Of a stretch of DNA of 39,070 nt, positions 1-8,028 are shown piece after piece. The stretch is from a virus (Duplodnaviria > Caudoviricetes): positions 1 to 39,070 of the IMG/VR virus record IMGVR_UViG_3300046103_002580; one strand, written 5' to 3'. The position numbers and the translations under genes are program-made. Each line of letters begins with the position of its first letter. Positions within the stretch are counted from its first letter, which is position 1. The notes under the pieces were generated by a model, which had not been told where the DNA came from, did no database searches, and saw only the letters and a list, made by a program, of their open reading frames with translations.

Positions 1-11
1 AGTTCCTGGCA

Positions 12-2153
12 TTATATTCCTGCTTTTTCTAGTCTAGCCTCTAATTCAGCTATCTTAGATATTAATAAATCTATGTACTTAACTGACTTGAATCCTATAT
101 CATCTGTAACAACAAATTCAGGATTAGTAACTTCTAATTCTTGTGCTATAAGACCAACTCTATAATCTTCAGAAGAATCTTTCATAGTAAAAGATTTCCA
201 TTTTGCATCTATAGCTTTTGGTTCAAGGTCTATTACATTATCTTTTAATCTTTCATCAGAAGATAAAATAAAGTTTGTTCCTGTAAATGTACCATTACCA
301 ACTACATTATCAGTAAATGTTTTTAATCCTCCTATAGTTTGATTGCCTGATGTTCTAACAACTGTATCATCAACCGCAAGTTCATTACTAAAACCTTGGA
401 AAGAAAGACCTGGGTTAGTGTTTAATAAATCTATAGATACTGTTGCAGCTGCAGTGCCACTGATACTTATACCATTACCTCCAATAACACTTGTTACAGT
501 TCCTGCATTATTTGTCCATCCACTATCATTATTCATAGTAGATAAATCTATATCTGCTGGGGCTATTTTATAAGTTGTTCCTGCAGTATTAGCTATAGAA
601 AACCAATCTGCATTAGCTGAATCAGTTGTAGCTGTTGAACTATTAACATCTAATGTTATTGTACCGGAGTCTGTTATTGTTCCACCTGTAATTCCAGCAC
701 CTGTTGCTATAGAAGTTACAGTTCCGCTACCTGCAGCAATAGTTGCCCAAGAATTGTCACCTCTTAAATAAGTAGTTGCACTTGGAGTTCCTGATGCACT
801 AAGATCATAAGTTAGTGTACCTGAAGTTGTAATAGCTGCACTTGAACTACTAATAAATGTTCCGTTAGCAGGACCTACAGATGTTACTGTACCTGTGTTG
901 TCTGTTGCAGTAGTGCTAATAGTTACTGTTGTACCTGTTACTGCAGTAGAGATAAGACCCGCTCCTGTGTAAGTAAACGTTCCTGAACCTGTAATAGCGG
1001 TTCCTGTTCCTGTGTCTGCAGCATTTGTAATGCTTGTTACTGTACCTTGAGGAAGAGTTGAAAGATTAATTAAATCTCCTGCACCGTTTATATATTGAGT
1101 AATATCTCCTTGTGGAGCTATTGTAATTGCAGCTGCTCCAGTAGGGTCCGTTACTGTTGCAATATATGCACTTCCATTAATTGTTGCATCTACATTTGTT
1201 ACTGTACCTACATTTCCTCCCGGAATAGTTGCCCAGGTACCATCTTGTCTTAAAAATTGACCTACAGTACCTCCTGTAGTATTTATTGAGAGTTGAGCAT
1301 CTGTTGTTGAATTTAAAACTGTTGCTTGGAAAGCTGCAATATTTGTTGTTAACGCAACACTTGTTACAGTACCAGATCCTGCTGGGATTGTTGCCCATGT
1401 ATTATCTCCTCTCAAGTAAGTTGTAGAGCTTGGAGTTCCTGTTGCTGATAGATCAACAGTACCCATGTCAACGTCACCAGTTGCTGTAGCATGTGTAGTG
1501 GCTGTTATAAAAGTACCATTTGCATTTGAAAAAGATTGTACTGCTCTACTCCATTGGTTATCTCCTCTTAAAAAAACACTTGAGCTTGGGGTACCTGTAG
1601 CACTTAAATCATAAGTTAAATCACCTGAAACAGTAATATCTGGACTAGAACTTGATATGAATGTTCCATCTAAAGCTCCCACACGGGTAACAGTACCTGA
1701 TCCTGCAGTAGCGTCAACCCATAAAGTTTCTGTTCCTGTAGAAGACAGTACTTGTCCTGCTGTTCCTGCTATACCACTACTATCTATAAGATATGTGGAT
1801 ATTCTTAAACCACCATTAATAGCTACAATATTATCATTAAAAAATGCATCAAAAGTTTGTGTTATAATAGAATTTTCTAATGTTTTAGTAAGACAAAATC
1901 CAGATGGACTTGTATAAACAGGAATAATTCCTGTTGCACCTGATCCAACAGCCGTTTTTGTTAATCCTTCTGTAACAGTACATACAAAATCTTGAGATTT
2001 TATAGCAAAAGGTTCCATTTTAGGACCATAAGCCGGATTTAAAGTACTTTTAACTTTTTTACCAAACTCAAAGTAATCATACTGTAAGTCAAGAGTTTCT
2101 TTAACTTTTTTTCTTTTCAGTAGGTTTAATACCTCTTGTATAAATATGCTCAT
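12..2153 (-). CDS. Tail fibre protein with C-terminal intramolecular chaperone (peptidase S74 / endosialidase-chaperone-like)
   Basis: 713 aa, very T/G/S/A-rich, with repeated GTVTSV and LSATGTPSxTTYLRGDNxW units. C-terminal SSDERLKDNV...GLIAQEL...Y..L.....IAELEARL matches the autocleaving chaperone domain of phage fibres. Confidence 0.85.
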   Translation of the reverse strand: MSIFIQEVLNLLKRKKVKETLDLQYDYFEFGKKVKSTLNPAYGPKMEPFAIKSQDFVCTVTEGLTKTAVGSGATGIIPVYTSPSGFCLTKTLENSIITQTFDAFFNDNIVAINGGLRISTYLIDSSGIAGTAGQVLSSTGTETLWVDATAGSGTVTRVGALDGTFISSSSPDITVSGDLTYDLSATGTPSSSVFLRGDNQWSRAVQSFSNANGTFITATTHATATGDVDMGTVDLSATGTPSSTTYLRGDNTWATIPAGSGTVTSVALTTNIAAFQATVLNSTTDAQLSINTTGGTVGQFLRQDGTWATIPGGNVGTVTNVDATINGSAYIATVTDPTGAAAITIAPQGDITQYINGAGDLINLSTLPQGTVTSITNAADTGTGTAITGSGTFTYTGAGLISTAVTGTTVTISTTATDNTGTVTSVGPANGTFISSSSAAITTSGTLTYDLSASGTPSATTYLRGDNSWATIAAGSGTVTSIATGAGITGGTITDSGTITLDVNSSTATTDSANADWFSIANTAGTTYKIAPADIDLSTMNNDSGWTNNAGTVTSVIGGNGISISGTAAATVSIDLLNTNPGLSFQGFSNELAVDDTVVRTSGNQTIGGLKTFTDNVVGNGTFTGTNFILSSDERLKDNVIDLEPKAIDAKWKSFTMKDSSEDYRVGLIAQELEVTNPEFVVTDDIGFKSVKYIDLLISKIAELEARLEKAGI

Positions 2154-2156
2154 AAC

Positions 2157-2468
2157 TTATATGTATAATGCAGCTATAGTAACTGATGTAGGACTGTTAA
2201 ATGCATCAATTTCATAAGGTCCTAAAAAACCTTCTGCACCTGCTGGTAAAACAAGCTTTGCATTTTCTTTAGTTAGTTCACCTAATAATGGATCTTTTAC
2301 AGTTGTTACTACCGGAATAACAGTTGCAGTTACAGATACACCACTTCCATTTTTAACATGAAAGTATTGTATTCCTGTATTTACTAATGTATCTCCTGCT
2401 GCATCTGCTGCAGAATACACTGGTATTAAACCAGATTGACTTATTTGTTGTGCCGTTAATAGTGCCAT
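2157..2468 (-). CDS. Small beta-rich virion protein, possibly capsid/tail decoration
   Basis: 103 aa, tightly packed in the structural operon; beta-strand-like pattern (YFHVKNGSGVSVTATV). Function is a guess. Confidence 0.45.
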   Translation of the reverse strand: MALLTAQQISQSGLIPVYSAADAAGDTLVNTGIQYFHVKNGSGVSVTATVIPVVTTVKDPLLGELTKENAKLVLPAGAEGFLGPYEIDAFNSPTSVTIAALYI

Positions 2469-2473
2469 GTTAT

Positions 2474-2698
2474 TTATTTACAATTACAATATCCGTTTTT
2501 AAATGCTGCTGATTGTACAGGTTCTAAAGCTCGTGTTGTAATTTGTTTAGCTTGAAAACCTTGTGCAGCTAACCTTTCTCTAGTTGCTGTAGCAGTAGCA
2601 TTTTTTTTAGCTTGAATTCTTGCAGGTATACTTGTTGGATTATAATATCCATTAGCTACCTTTCCGTCTCCCATAGGGAATGATATCTTTTTACCCAT
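2474..2698 (-). CDS. Small basic hypothetical protein
   Basis: 74 aa, 2-5 nt gaps to neighbours, ends YCNCK. Confidence 0.65.
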   Translation of the reverse strand: MGKKISFPMGDGKVANGYYNPTSIPARIQAKKNATATATRERLAAQGFQAKQITTRALEPVQSAAFKNGYCNCK

Positions 2699-2700
2699 AA

Positions 2701-2904
2701 TTAATATGTTTTTTTTGATTTCTTTTGACCACCCATTTTCATTTGTCCCATCATTGGATCTAATACACTACCACCGTTCATAAAACCCATAAGACCTCCG
2801 CCTTTAGCCATCGCTCTCATTCCTGCTTTAGCTGGAGTTATATCTCCATCTCCTGCACCCATAGTAAATCCACCCATGTTGTAACCTTTCATTTTTGCTT
2901 TCAT
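2701..2904 (-). CDS. Small Met/Gly/Lys-rich protein with four xxxGG motifs
   Basis: 67 aa containing YNMGG, MAKGG, FMNGG, MKMGG; operon spacing and A-rich leader. Confidence 0.7.
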   Translation of the reverse strand: MKAKMKGYNMGGFTMGAGDGDITPAKAGMRAMAKGGGLMGFMNGGSVLDPMMGQMKMGGQKKSKKTY

Positions 2905-2927
2905 AATATTTGTTTTAAAATTAATTT

Positions 2928-3218
2928 TTATCTACCACCTTTTGGTTTATAATTTTCATTTGCTATTACTCTTCTTCTTTGTTTTGATAAATTAGGAGTT
3001 TTTGTCATATTTTTTTGTACAAAACCATCTGTTACACTTGTTATTTTTTTTGCAATTCTTTTAGCTGCTTTTGCAGCTGCTTTTGCAGCCGCTGCAGCTA
3101 AAGAAGTAATTACTCCATCACTATTATCTAAAACACTACCTCCATCTTTAAATGCATTAAGTCCACCAGCTTTAGCATAACCATGCATCCGTTTTTTATT
3201 TGGTGTCATTTTGTTCAT
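2928..3218 (-). CDS. Small basic protein with xxxGG motifs and an Ala/Lys-rich helix
   Basis: 96 aa; AKAGG, FKDGG and AAAAAKAAAKAAKRIAKK. Confidence 0.7.
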   Translation of the reverse strand: MNKMTPNKKRMHGYAKAGGLNAFKDGGSVLDNSDGVITSLAAAAAKAAAKAAKRIAKKITSVTDGFVQKNMTKTPNLSKQRRRVIANENYKPKGGR

Positions 3219-3223
3219 ACCTT

Positions 3224-3628
3224 TTATTTTTTATTATTTTTTACTTTTTCAATAGAACGGCCACCAAAGTATGCTCCTATCACTGTTATTAATACTATTT
3301 GTAATAAGTCAGTCCATTTGTCTTCTACTTTAAAAGTTATAACTCCTGCATCTATAAATACTAATAGAACTGTTGATACAACTAAAAATATTAAAACCAA
3401 AGGTCTTACATTTTTGCTGAGCCATGAATCTGAATTCATGTCTGAAGCCCACCTTGAAGTTATTTGTTCTTCCATTTCAACTTCATGCTTTGCAACCAAC
3501 TCTTTAATTTTATGAGCAGCTTCTAGTTTTTCTTCTTTAGATGTAATAAGATCGTCTAAGACACCACCTATTCCTTCAACTAATTTAGTTGCTCCGCTTG
3601 AAAATAATTTTGTTATAAAGTTAGGCAT
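3224..3628 (-). CDS. Putative holin (3TM/GTA-holin-like)
   Basis: 134 aa; coiled region, then RW..DM.SDSWLSKNVRPL, two hydrophobic helices and a GAYFGGRS.EK tail, a pattern typical of this holin family. Confidence 0.75.
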   Translation of the reverse strand: MPNFITKLFSSGATKLVEGIGGVLDDLITSKEEKLEAAHKIKELVAKHEVEMEEQITSRWASDMNSDSWLSKNVRPLVLIFLVVSTVLLVFIDAGVITFKVEDKWTDLLQIVLITVIGAYFGGRSIEKVKNNKK

Positions 3629-3633
3629 ATTTT

Positions 3634-4476
3634 TTATGGATAAATTTTTATTTCTAATGTTGCATTTAACATTATAGCATCACCGCTAACAGGAGTACCA
3701 CTACCAAGACCATAACTAACAAGCTGAATAGGACCAGTAAACTTAGCCATTATAAGAGAAGGACCACTTTTACAGTTATTGCTTATACTAAGTGCCACTT
3801 TAGCTGGATCTGATAAAGCAGGAGTAATTACACCATTATATCTTCCAAAACTTTGATAAGTCCACGTAATAGTTATTCCTGCAGAATTCTCTAAAACAGG
3901 ACCAGTTGGTGGGTCTTGAGAACTTTGAGATAATACTTGCACATATGATGTATATGAAACCGCTGTTGAAGCAATTGTTATTTCATCTGCAGTTTCTGTA
4001 ATTGCAATATTAGAACCTGCTATTAATGTTTTAAAGTTTAACGTTTCACCTACTTTGTTTTTCCATACCCCTATACCTGTACCTACATTTGCTGCAGTAT
4101 TAGGTTCACCAGTTGTACTAATCTCTACATAGTCATTATCAGCTGAATTAGCTAAAGTTAAATTAGTGCTTAATGATCTAAGCGTTCTGTAATAAACTGT
4201 ACATTTTTCAGTGTCAGGATCAATATATGTTTTTTGATATACAGTTCCTGAATTAGAAGCAGGTGTTTCTGGAGTGTTTGCATGATCGCAATGATCAGCA
4301 GCAATATTAAGATCTTTAACTTTAATTAATCTAACACTTTTATAAGGTATAGGAGAAGCAACACCTGTCATATCAGGTTCTTGATTAAGACCTAATACCA
4401 ATACATCATTAGGTAAAGCTTCTTTTACAAACTTATTTCTTTTAAATAAACTTAATATGTCAGTTAAAATGTTCAT
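3634..4476 (-). CDS. Tail fibre/tail accessory protein
   Basis: 280 aa; N-terminus resembles that of the 713-aa fibre; fibre-like segment NTAANVGTGIGVWK..LNFKTLIAGSNIAIT. Confidence 0.6.
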   Translation of the reverse strand: MNILTDILSLFKRNKFVKEALPNDVLVLGLNQEPDMTGVASPIPYKSVRLIKVKDLNIAADHCDHANTPETPASNSGTVYQKTYIDPDTEKCTVYYRTLRSLSTNLTLANSADNDYVEISTTGEPNTAANVGTGIGVWKNKVGETLNFKTLIAGSNIAITETADEITIASTAVSYTSYVQVLSQSSQDPPTGPVLENSAGITITWTYQSFGRYNGVITPALSDPAKVALSISNNCKSGPSLIMAKFTGPIQLVSYGLGSGTPVSGDAIMLNATLEIKIYP

Positions 4477-4724
4477 TATTTTTTCTTCTTTTTTGGTTTT
4501 CCACTATAAGTGTTATGTGTGCCTCCTCCTAATTTATATTCTTGCATGCTTTCACCACCTGTTTCATAGTCTCTTGCTAATCTTTTAGCATCACCACCTT
4601 TGTTCATTTTTTCAATAATAGAAGACATCATTATATCATCTAACTCTCCGCCAGATCTCATTAACAGTTTGCTTTTTTGTCTTGTTAGTTTTTGCTTTGG
4701 TAAGCAGCTTCTTTTATTTTTCAT
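4476..4724 (-). CDS. Small basic protein with four xxxGG motifs
   Basis: 82 aa; MRSGG, MNKGG, YETGG, YKLGG; poly-Lys tail; TAATG overlap with the next gene. Confidence 0.7.
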   Translation of the reverse strand: MKNKRSCLPKQKLTRQKSKLLMRSGGELDDIMMSSIIEKMNKGGDAKRLARDYETGGESMQEYKLGGGTHNTYSGKPKKKKK

Positions 4725-4735
4725 TTTATTTTAAT

Positions 4736-4882
4736 TTATACATCAAGTGTTAAGGTAACAAAAAATAAATACACTTTAAATGTTGTATAATTATACTTTT
4801 TAGTAGCATGAATTAGTTCCCAACCTAATGCAAATCTATCATGCGGCCAATGAAATGCTATTTCTAATTCCCAATTTGTCAT
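4736..4882 (-). CDS. Small hypothetical protein, 48 aa (absent from ORF track)
   Basis: Hand-translated MTNWELEIAFHWPHDRFALGWELIHATKKYNYTTFKVYLFFVTLTLDV*; fills the gap and its start overlaps the upstream stop (TAATG). Confidence 0.7.
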   Translation of the reverse strand: MTNWELEIAFHWPHDRFALGWELIHATKKYNYTTFKVYLFFVTLTLDV

Positions 4883-4983
4883 TATAATTTGCTTTTAGTT
4901 TTTTTACATAATCCTTTACGGCAAGACTTAAAACAAACTTTACCTTTTGTTATCCATCTTATAAATAAACATAAATTTCTCAT
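4882..4983 (-). CDS. Small Cys/Lys-rich peptide, 33 aa (absent from ORF track)
   Basis: Hand-translated MRNLCLFIRWITKGKVCFKSCRKGLCKKTKSKL*; A-rich leader (AAAATAAAAATC ATG); TAATG coupling to the 48-aa ORF. Confidence 0.6.
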   Translation of the reverse strand: MRNLCLFIRWITKGKVCFKSCRKGLCKKTKSKL

Positions 4984-5044
4984 GATTTTTATTTTTTACA
5001 CTATATTTTAATAATCAAATTACAATCTTACTTTAAATAAATCT

Positions 5045-5052
5045 TATATTTG
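5045..5052 (+). promoter_or_regulatory. Possible Bacteroidota -7 promoter element (TAnnTTTG)
   Basis: TATATTTG about 70 nt upstream of the first plus-strand gene; no clean -33 TTTG seen; AT-rich background. Confidence 0.35.
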
Positions 5053-5077
5053 TTACTTTCTATATTATGTGTTTACA

Positions 5078-5112
5078 TATATAATATACAAAAATTTTAA
5101 TTAAACATCAAA
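5078..5112 (-). promoter_or_regulatory. Putative promoter for the leftward structural operon (GTATATTA motif)
   Basis: Minus strand reads TTTGATGTTTAATTAAAATTTTTGTATATTATATA; the same core recurs at 8464-8471 and 38263-38270. Confidence 0.5.
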
Positions 5113-5122
5113 TAATCATAGT

Positions 5123-5311
5123 ATGAATAAACTTAACCCAATTCTTTTTAAACACAAATTTGCAATGGAACTATTGCCTTCTGAAACTTTACTTGGCATT
5201 AAATCAGTTAATTGTGAAGTTTTATGTGATGATGATATTTATCGTGAAGTAAAAGGTGTAGAAATTGGCATTGTCTTTATTAAATTTTCTTATGTTAATA
5301 TTATCTTTTAA
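5123..5311 (+). CDS. Small hypothetical protein
   Basis: 62 aa, same strand as nrdB/nrdA, hydrophobic beta-like C-terminus. Confidence 0.6.
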   Translation: MNKLNPILFKHKFAMELLPSETLLGIKSVNCEVLCDDDIYREVKGVEIGIVFIKFSYVNIIF

Positions 5312-5352
5312 ATCTATAAATTAAAATATTTTTTATAACTTATATATAATAC

Positions 5353-5388
5353 AAAGCTGCATCTTTCTTTATAGAAATGCAGCTTTTT
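5353..5388 (+). terminator. Intrinsic terminator-like hairpin (possibly bidirectional)
   Basis: AAAGCTGCAT (5353-5362) pairs perfectly with ATGCAGCTTT (5377-5386), with extra inner pairing and a T run. Confidence 0.6.
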
Positions 5389-5406
5389 AATCCTAATTAA
5401 ACTTTT

Positions 5407-6390
5407 ATGAAAATCAAAGACATTTTTAAACCAAGAGTAAACATTTTACCTTATGAATACCCACAACTTCTAGCATATAAAGATGCTATTAGACACTCCT
5501 ATTGGATTGACACTGAGTTTAATTTTACAGAAGATGTACAAGATTTTAAAGTAACTATTACGCCAGCTGAGCGGGATGTTATTAAAAAAACTATGCTTGC
5601 TATTGCACAAATAGAAGTAAATGTAAAAACGTTTTGGGCTGATATGTATAAACGTATGCCTATTACTGAAATTGGTGATGTAGGAATGACGTTTGCTGAA
5701 TCAGAAGTAAGACACAAAGATGCCTATGCTAGACTACTTAGAATACTCGGTCTTGAAAAAGAATTTCAAAGTGTTGTAGATGTTCCGGCAATTGCAGGTA
5801 GACTTAAATACTTAAAAAAATACCTGGATGGTACACGTTCTAAAGACAATAAAATGTATACTAAATCTGTATTGTTATTTTCTTTATTTATAGAGCACGT
5901 AAGTTTGTTTAGTCAGTTTTTAATTATGATGAGCTTTAACAAAGAAAAGAATGTTTTTAAAGGTATATCTAATGTTGTAGAAGCAACATCAAAAGAAGAA
6001 GAGATCCATGGTAACTTTGGAGCTGAGATCATCAACATCATCAAGAAAGAAAATCCTGAGTGGTTTGATGAGGAGTTTGAAGAATTAATCTACTCTGCTT
6101 GTAAAAAAGCTTATGTTGCAGAATGTGATATATTAGAATGGATTTTTAGCAACGGAGAGTTGGAGTTTTTATCTAAAAAAACAATTAAAAACTTTATAAA
6201 AAACAGATTTAATAACTCACTAGAAAAAATAGGGATGAAATCAATATTTGAGGTTAATGCAGAACTATTAAAATCTACTGAATGGTTTGATATAGAAATA
6301 CTAGGAACTAAAGAAGGAGACTTCTTTTACAAAAAAAGTGTAGATTATAATAAAAAAAGTAAAAGCATCACAGTTGATGATTTATTTTAA
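5407..6390 (+). CDS. nrdB: Class I ribonucleotide reductase beta subunit (class Id-like ligand set)
   Basis: 327 aa ferritin-like R2 pattern: E70, E100-x-x-H103, Y107, E163, E198-x-x-H201; W33; C-terminal DFFYKKSVDY...DDLF. Confidence 0.95.
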   Translation: MKIKDIFKPRVNILPYEYPQLLAYKDAIRHSYWIDTEFNFTEDVQDFKVTITPAERDVIKKTMLAIAQIEVNVKTFWADMYKRMPITEIGDVGMTFAESEVRHKDAYARLLRILGLEKEFQSVVDVPAIAGRLKYLKKYLDGTRSKDNKMYTKSVLLFSLFIEHVSLFSQFLIMMSFNKEKNVFKGISNVVEATSKEEEIHGNFGAEIINIIKKENPEWFDEEFEELIYSACKKAYVAECDILEWIFSNGELEFLSKKTIKNFIKNRFNNSLEKIGMKSIFEVNAELLKSTEWFDIEILGTKEGDFFYKKSVDYNKKSKSITVDDLF

Positions 6391-6401
6391 AAACCAAAAT
6401 A

Positions 6402-8027
6402 ATGGAATACAATAAATACTATTGGCTTAATGAAGATAGCCGTACATTTTTATCAAGAGGATATATAACAGAATCCCCTGAACAAAGAATCAAAGACATT
6501 TCTATTAAAGCAGAAAAGTATTTGAATATAAAAGGTTTTGCAGAAAAGTTTGAAAACTATATGAGTAAAGGGTATTACTCTTTATCAACACCTGTATGGA
6601 TTAATTTTGGAAAAGCAAAAGGATTACCCATCAGTTGTTACGGATCTAATATAGATGACAACTTAGACAGTATATTAAATGCTGGCCGTGAAATTGGGAT
6701 GATGTCTAAATATGGAGGTGGAACTTCCGCCTACTTAGGAAACATTAGAGAAAGAGGTGCTCCTATTTCTACAGGTGGATTTGCAGATGGTCCCGTTCAC
6801 TATGCTAGACTTTATGATACTACAGTTGATGTATGCAAACAATCAGAAGCTAGAAGAGGCGCATGTGCAGTCTATCTACCGGTTGAGCATGCGGATATTT
6901 TAGAATTTTTAGACATTGGTACAGAAGGTAATCTTATACAGAATTTGCAGTATGGTGTTACAGTTACTGATCAATGGATGCAAGAAATGAAAGATGGGGA
7001 CAAAAGCAAACGTAAAGTATGGGCCAAGATTATTCAAAATAGAAGTGAGTTTGGATTCCCTTACATTATGTTTAAAGACAACTCCAATAATAACTCTCCA
7101 TATAAAGAATTAGGTATGGACATTACAGCTTCAAATCTATGTTCTGAAATACAATTACCTACAGACAGTTATAATTCTTTTGTTTGTTGCTTGGGATCTA
7201 TTAACTTGTTACACTGGGATGAGATTAAAGAAACAGATGCTATTCAAACATATGTATATTTTCTTAATGCTGTAATGGATGAATTTGTTATTAAGTCTGA
7301 AACAATGCCTGGTATGAAAAGAGCTTATAATTTTGCAAAAAATCATAGAGCTATTGGTTTGGGTGTTATGGGCTATCATTCTTTATTTCAATCAAAACTT
7401 ATTGAGTTTGACTCACTGCAAGCTAAAGGTTTAAACAGTGAAATATTTAGGACGCTTAAAGATAGAAGTAAAATTGCATCTAGAAAGTTATATGCAGAGC
7501 ATGGGTATGTTTCTATTAGAGACGGTTATGCTAATACAACTTTGATGGCAATTGCCCCAACTAAATCTAGTTCGTTCATTCACGGTGCTGTAAGCATGGG
7601 AATAGAGCCTATTAAATCTAATTACTTTATTAAAGACCTTGCTAAGTCTAAAACAGTCTACAAAAATCCTTTGTTAGAGGCTGAATTAGAAAAACATGGT
7701 TTAAATAATGATAAAACATGGAAGTCAATTCTTAAAAAAGATGGAAGTGTACAACATTTAGATTTTCCTAATAAAGAAGTGTTTAAATCTTTTGTTGAGA
7801 TATCTCCTAAAGAGATTGTTCTTCAAGCGGCACAGAGACAGAAATACATTGATCAGTCTCAGTCATTAAACTTAATGATTGATCCTTCTGTTTCAGCTAA
7901 AGATATAAATAAACTTTATATGTATGCCTGGGAAGAAGGTGTAAAGACTTTATACTATCAGTTTAGTAAGAGTAGTGCTCAAGATTTTGCACGTAATATA
8001 TTAGAATGCTCTAGTTGTGAAGGATAG
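6402..8027 (+). CDS. nrdA: Class I ribonucleotide reductase alpha subunit (no ATP cone)
   Basis: 541 aa; STP, PISC, KYGGGT, RRGA, SNLCSEI (NxCxE), IAPTKSSS, KTLYY and C-terminal CSSCEG. Confidence 0.97.
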   Translation: MEYNKYYWLNEDSRTFLSRGYITESPEQRIKDISIKAEKYLNIKGFAEKFENYMSKGYYSLSTPVWINFGKAKGLPISCYGSNIDDNLDSILNAGREIGMMSKYGGGTSAYLGNIRERGAPISTGGFADGPVHYARLYDTTVDVCKQSEARRGACAVYLPVEHADILEFLDIGTEGNLIQNLQYGVTVTDQWMQEMKDGDKSKRKVWAKIIQNRSEFGFPYIMFKDNSNNNSPYKELGMDITASNLCSEIQLPTDSYNSFVCCLGSINLLHWDEIKETDAIQTYVYFLNAVMDEFVIKSETMPGMKRAYNFAKNHRAIGLGVMGYHSLFQSKLIEFDSLQAKGLNSEIFRTLKDRSKIASRKLYAEHGYVSIRDGYANTTLMAIAPTKSSSFIHGAVSMGIEPIKSNYFIKDLAKSKTVYKNPLLEAELEKHGLNNDKTWKSILKKDGSVQHLDFPNKEVFKSFVEISPKEIVLQAAQRQKYIDQSQSLNLMIDPSVSAKDINKLYMYAWEEGVKTLYYQFSKSSAQDFARNILECSSCEG

Positions 8028-8028
8028 T

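Noticed and set aside
700-1720. Tail-fibre repeats as a diversity-generating retroelement template/variable pair
   Set aside because: Repeats are in-frame coding modules with mixed substitutions, and no reverse transcriptase is present in the window.
4984-5406. tRNA or structured ncRNA in the intergenic gaps
   Set aside because: Gaps are short and very AT-rich; only terminator-like hairpins were found.
6700-6725. SKYGGG in NrdA as a copy of the xxxGG cargo motif
   Set aside because: It is part of the conserved RNR alpha GGG loop; it shows that single matches to such a short motif can be incidental.
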